In this document: positions 63,808-64,000 of the stretch, in pieces | Layout of the letters: the number at the start of each line of letters is the position of its first letter | How positions within the stretch are numbered: the stretch's first letter is position 1 | Virus record (IMG/VR): IMGVR_UViG_3300032579_000011 | Span: 1-64,000 of that record | DNA: 64,000 nt | Origin: a virus | Direction: 5' to 3' (one strand) | Translations under genes and position numbers: made by a program | The notes under the pieces: model-generated | The model's input: only the letters and a program-made list of their open reading frames with translations | The model's database searches: none | What the model was told of the DNA's origin: nothing

Positions 63808-64000
63808 TCTTTTCTCCTGTTTCATTATTTAGTCATTATAACTCGAGATTTATTAAAAGTCAAATATTTTTTTGACTTTCATCAGCCCCTTCTTGATTTA
63901 GAGCCGACTGTTGTCAAATCAGTTTCCGGCGTCGCGTATTGCAATCCACCTTTATTAAAGAGGGGCATAACCCGACTCGCCTTATCAAGAATCTGTTTCT

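Overview
A 64-kb segment of a large T4-like (myovirus-type) phage. The host is most likely an alphaproteobacterium, judged from a tRNA-His with no G-1 and A73, an RpoH-type promoter plus ROSE-like thermometer on hsp20, and a DUF1127 gene. The + strand carries early small ORFs behind sigma70-type promoters, replication genes (gp43 split by an HNH gene, uvsX, gp41, gp61, ligase, rnh), nucleotide metabolism genes (thyX, nrdA fractured by a split intein plus a GIY-YIG gene, nrdB), a block of probable head-packaged proteins, an NDP-heptose/glycosyltransferase cluster, phoH and two tRNA genes. The - strand end holds a 27-gene tRNA array covering all 20 amino acids, interleaved with endonucleases and structured non-coding elements. 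It is followed by a self-contained operon of three tRNA-like CAGCA RNAs and a DUF2828-type (TROVE/Ro60-like + vWA) gene, which is the best candidate for an undescribed RNA-protein system. A second strong pattern is that six ORFs, five of them endonucleases, have their stop codon inside the 5' end of the next tRNA. Family names come from motif recognition by eye, not from database searches.
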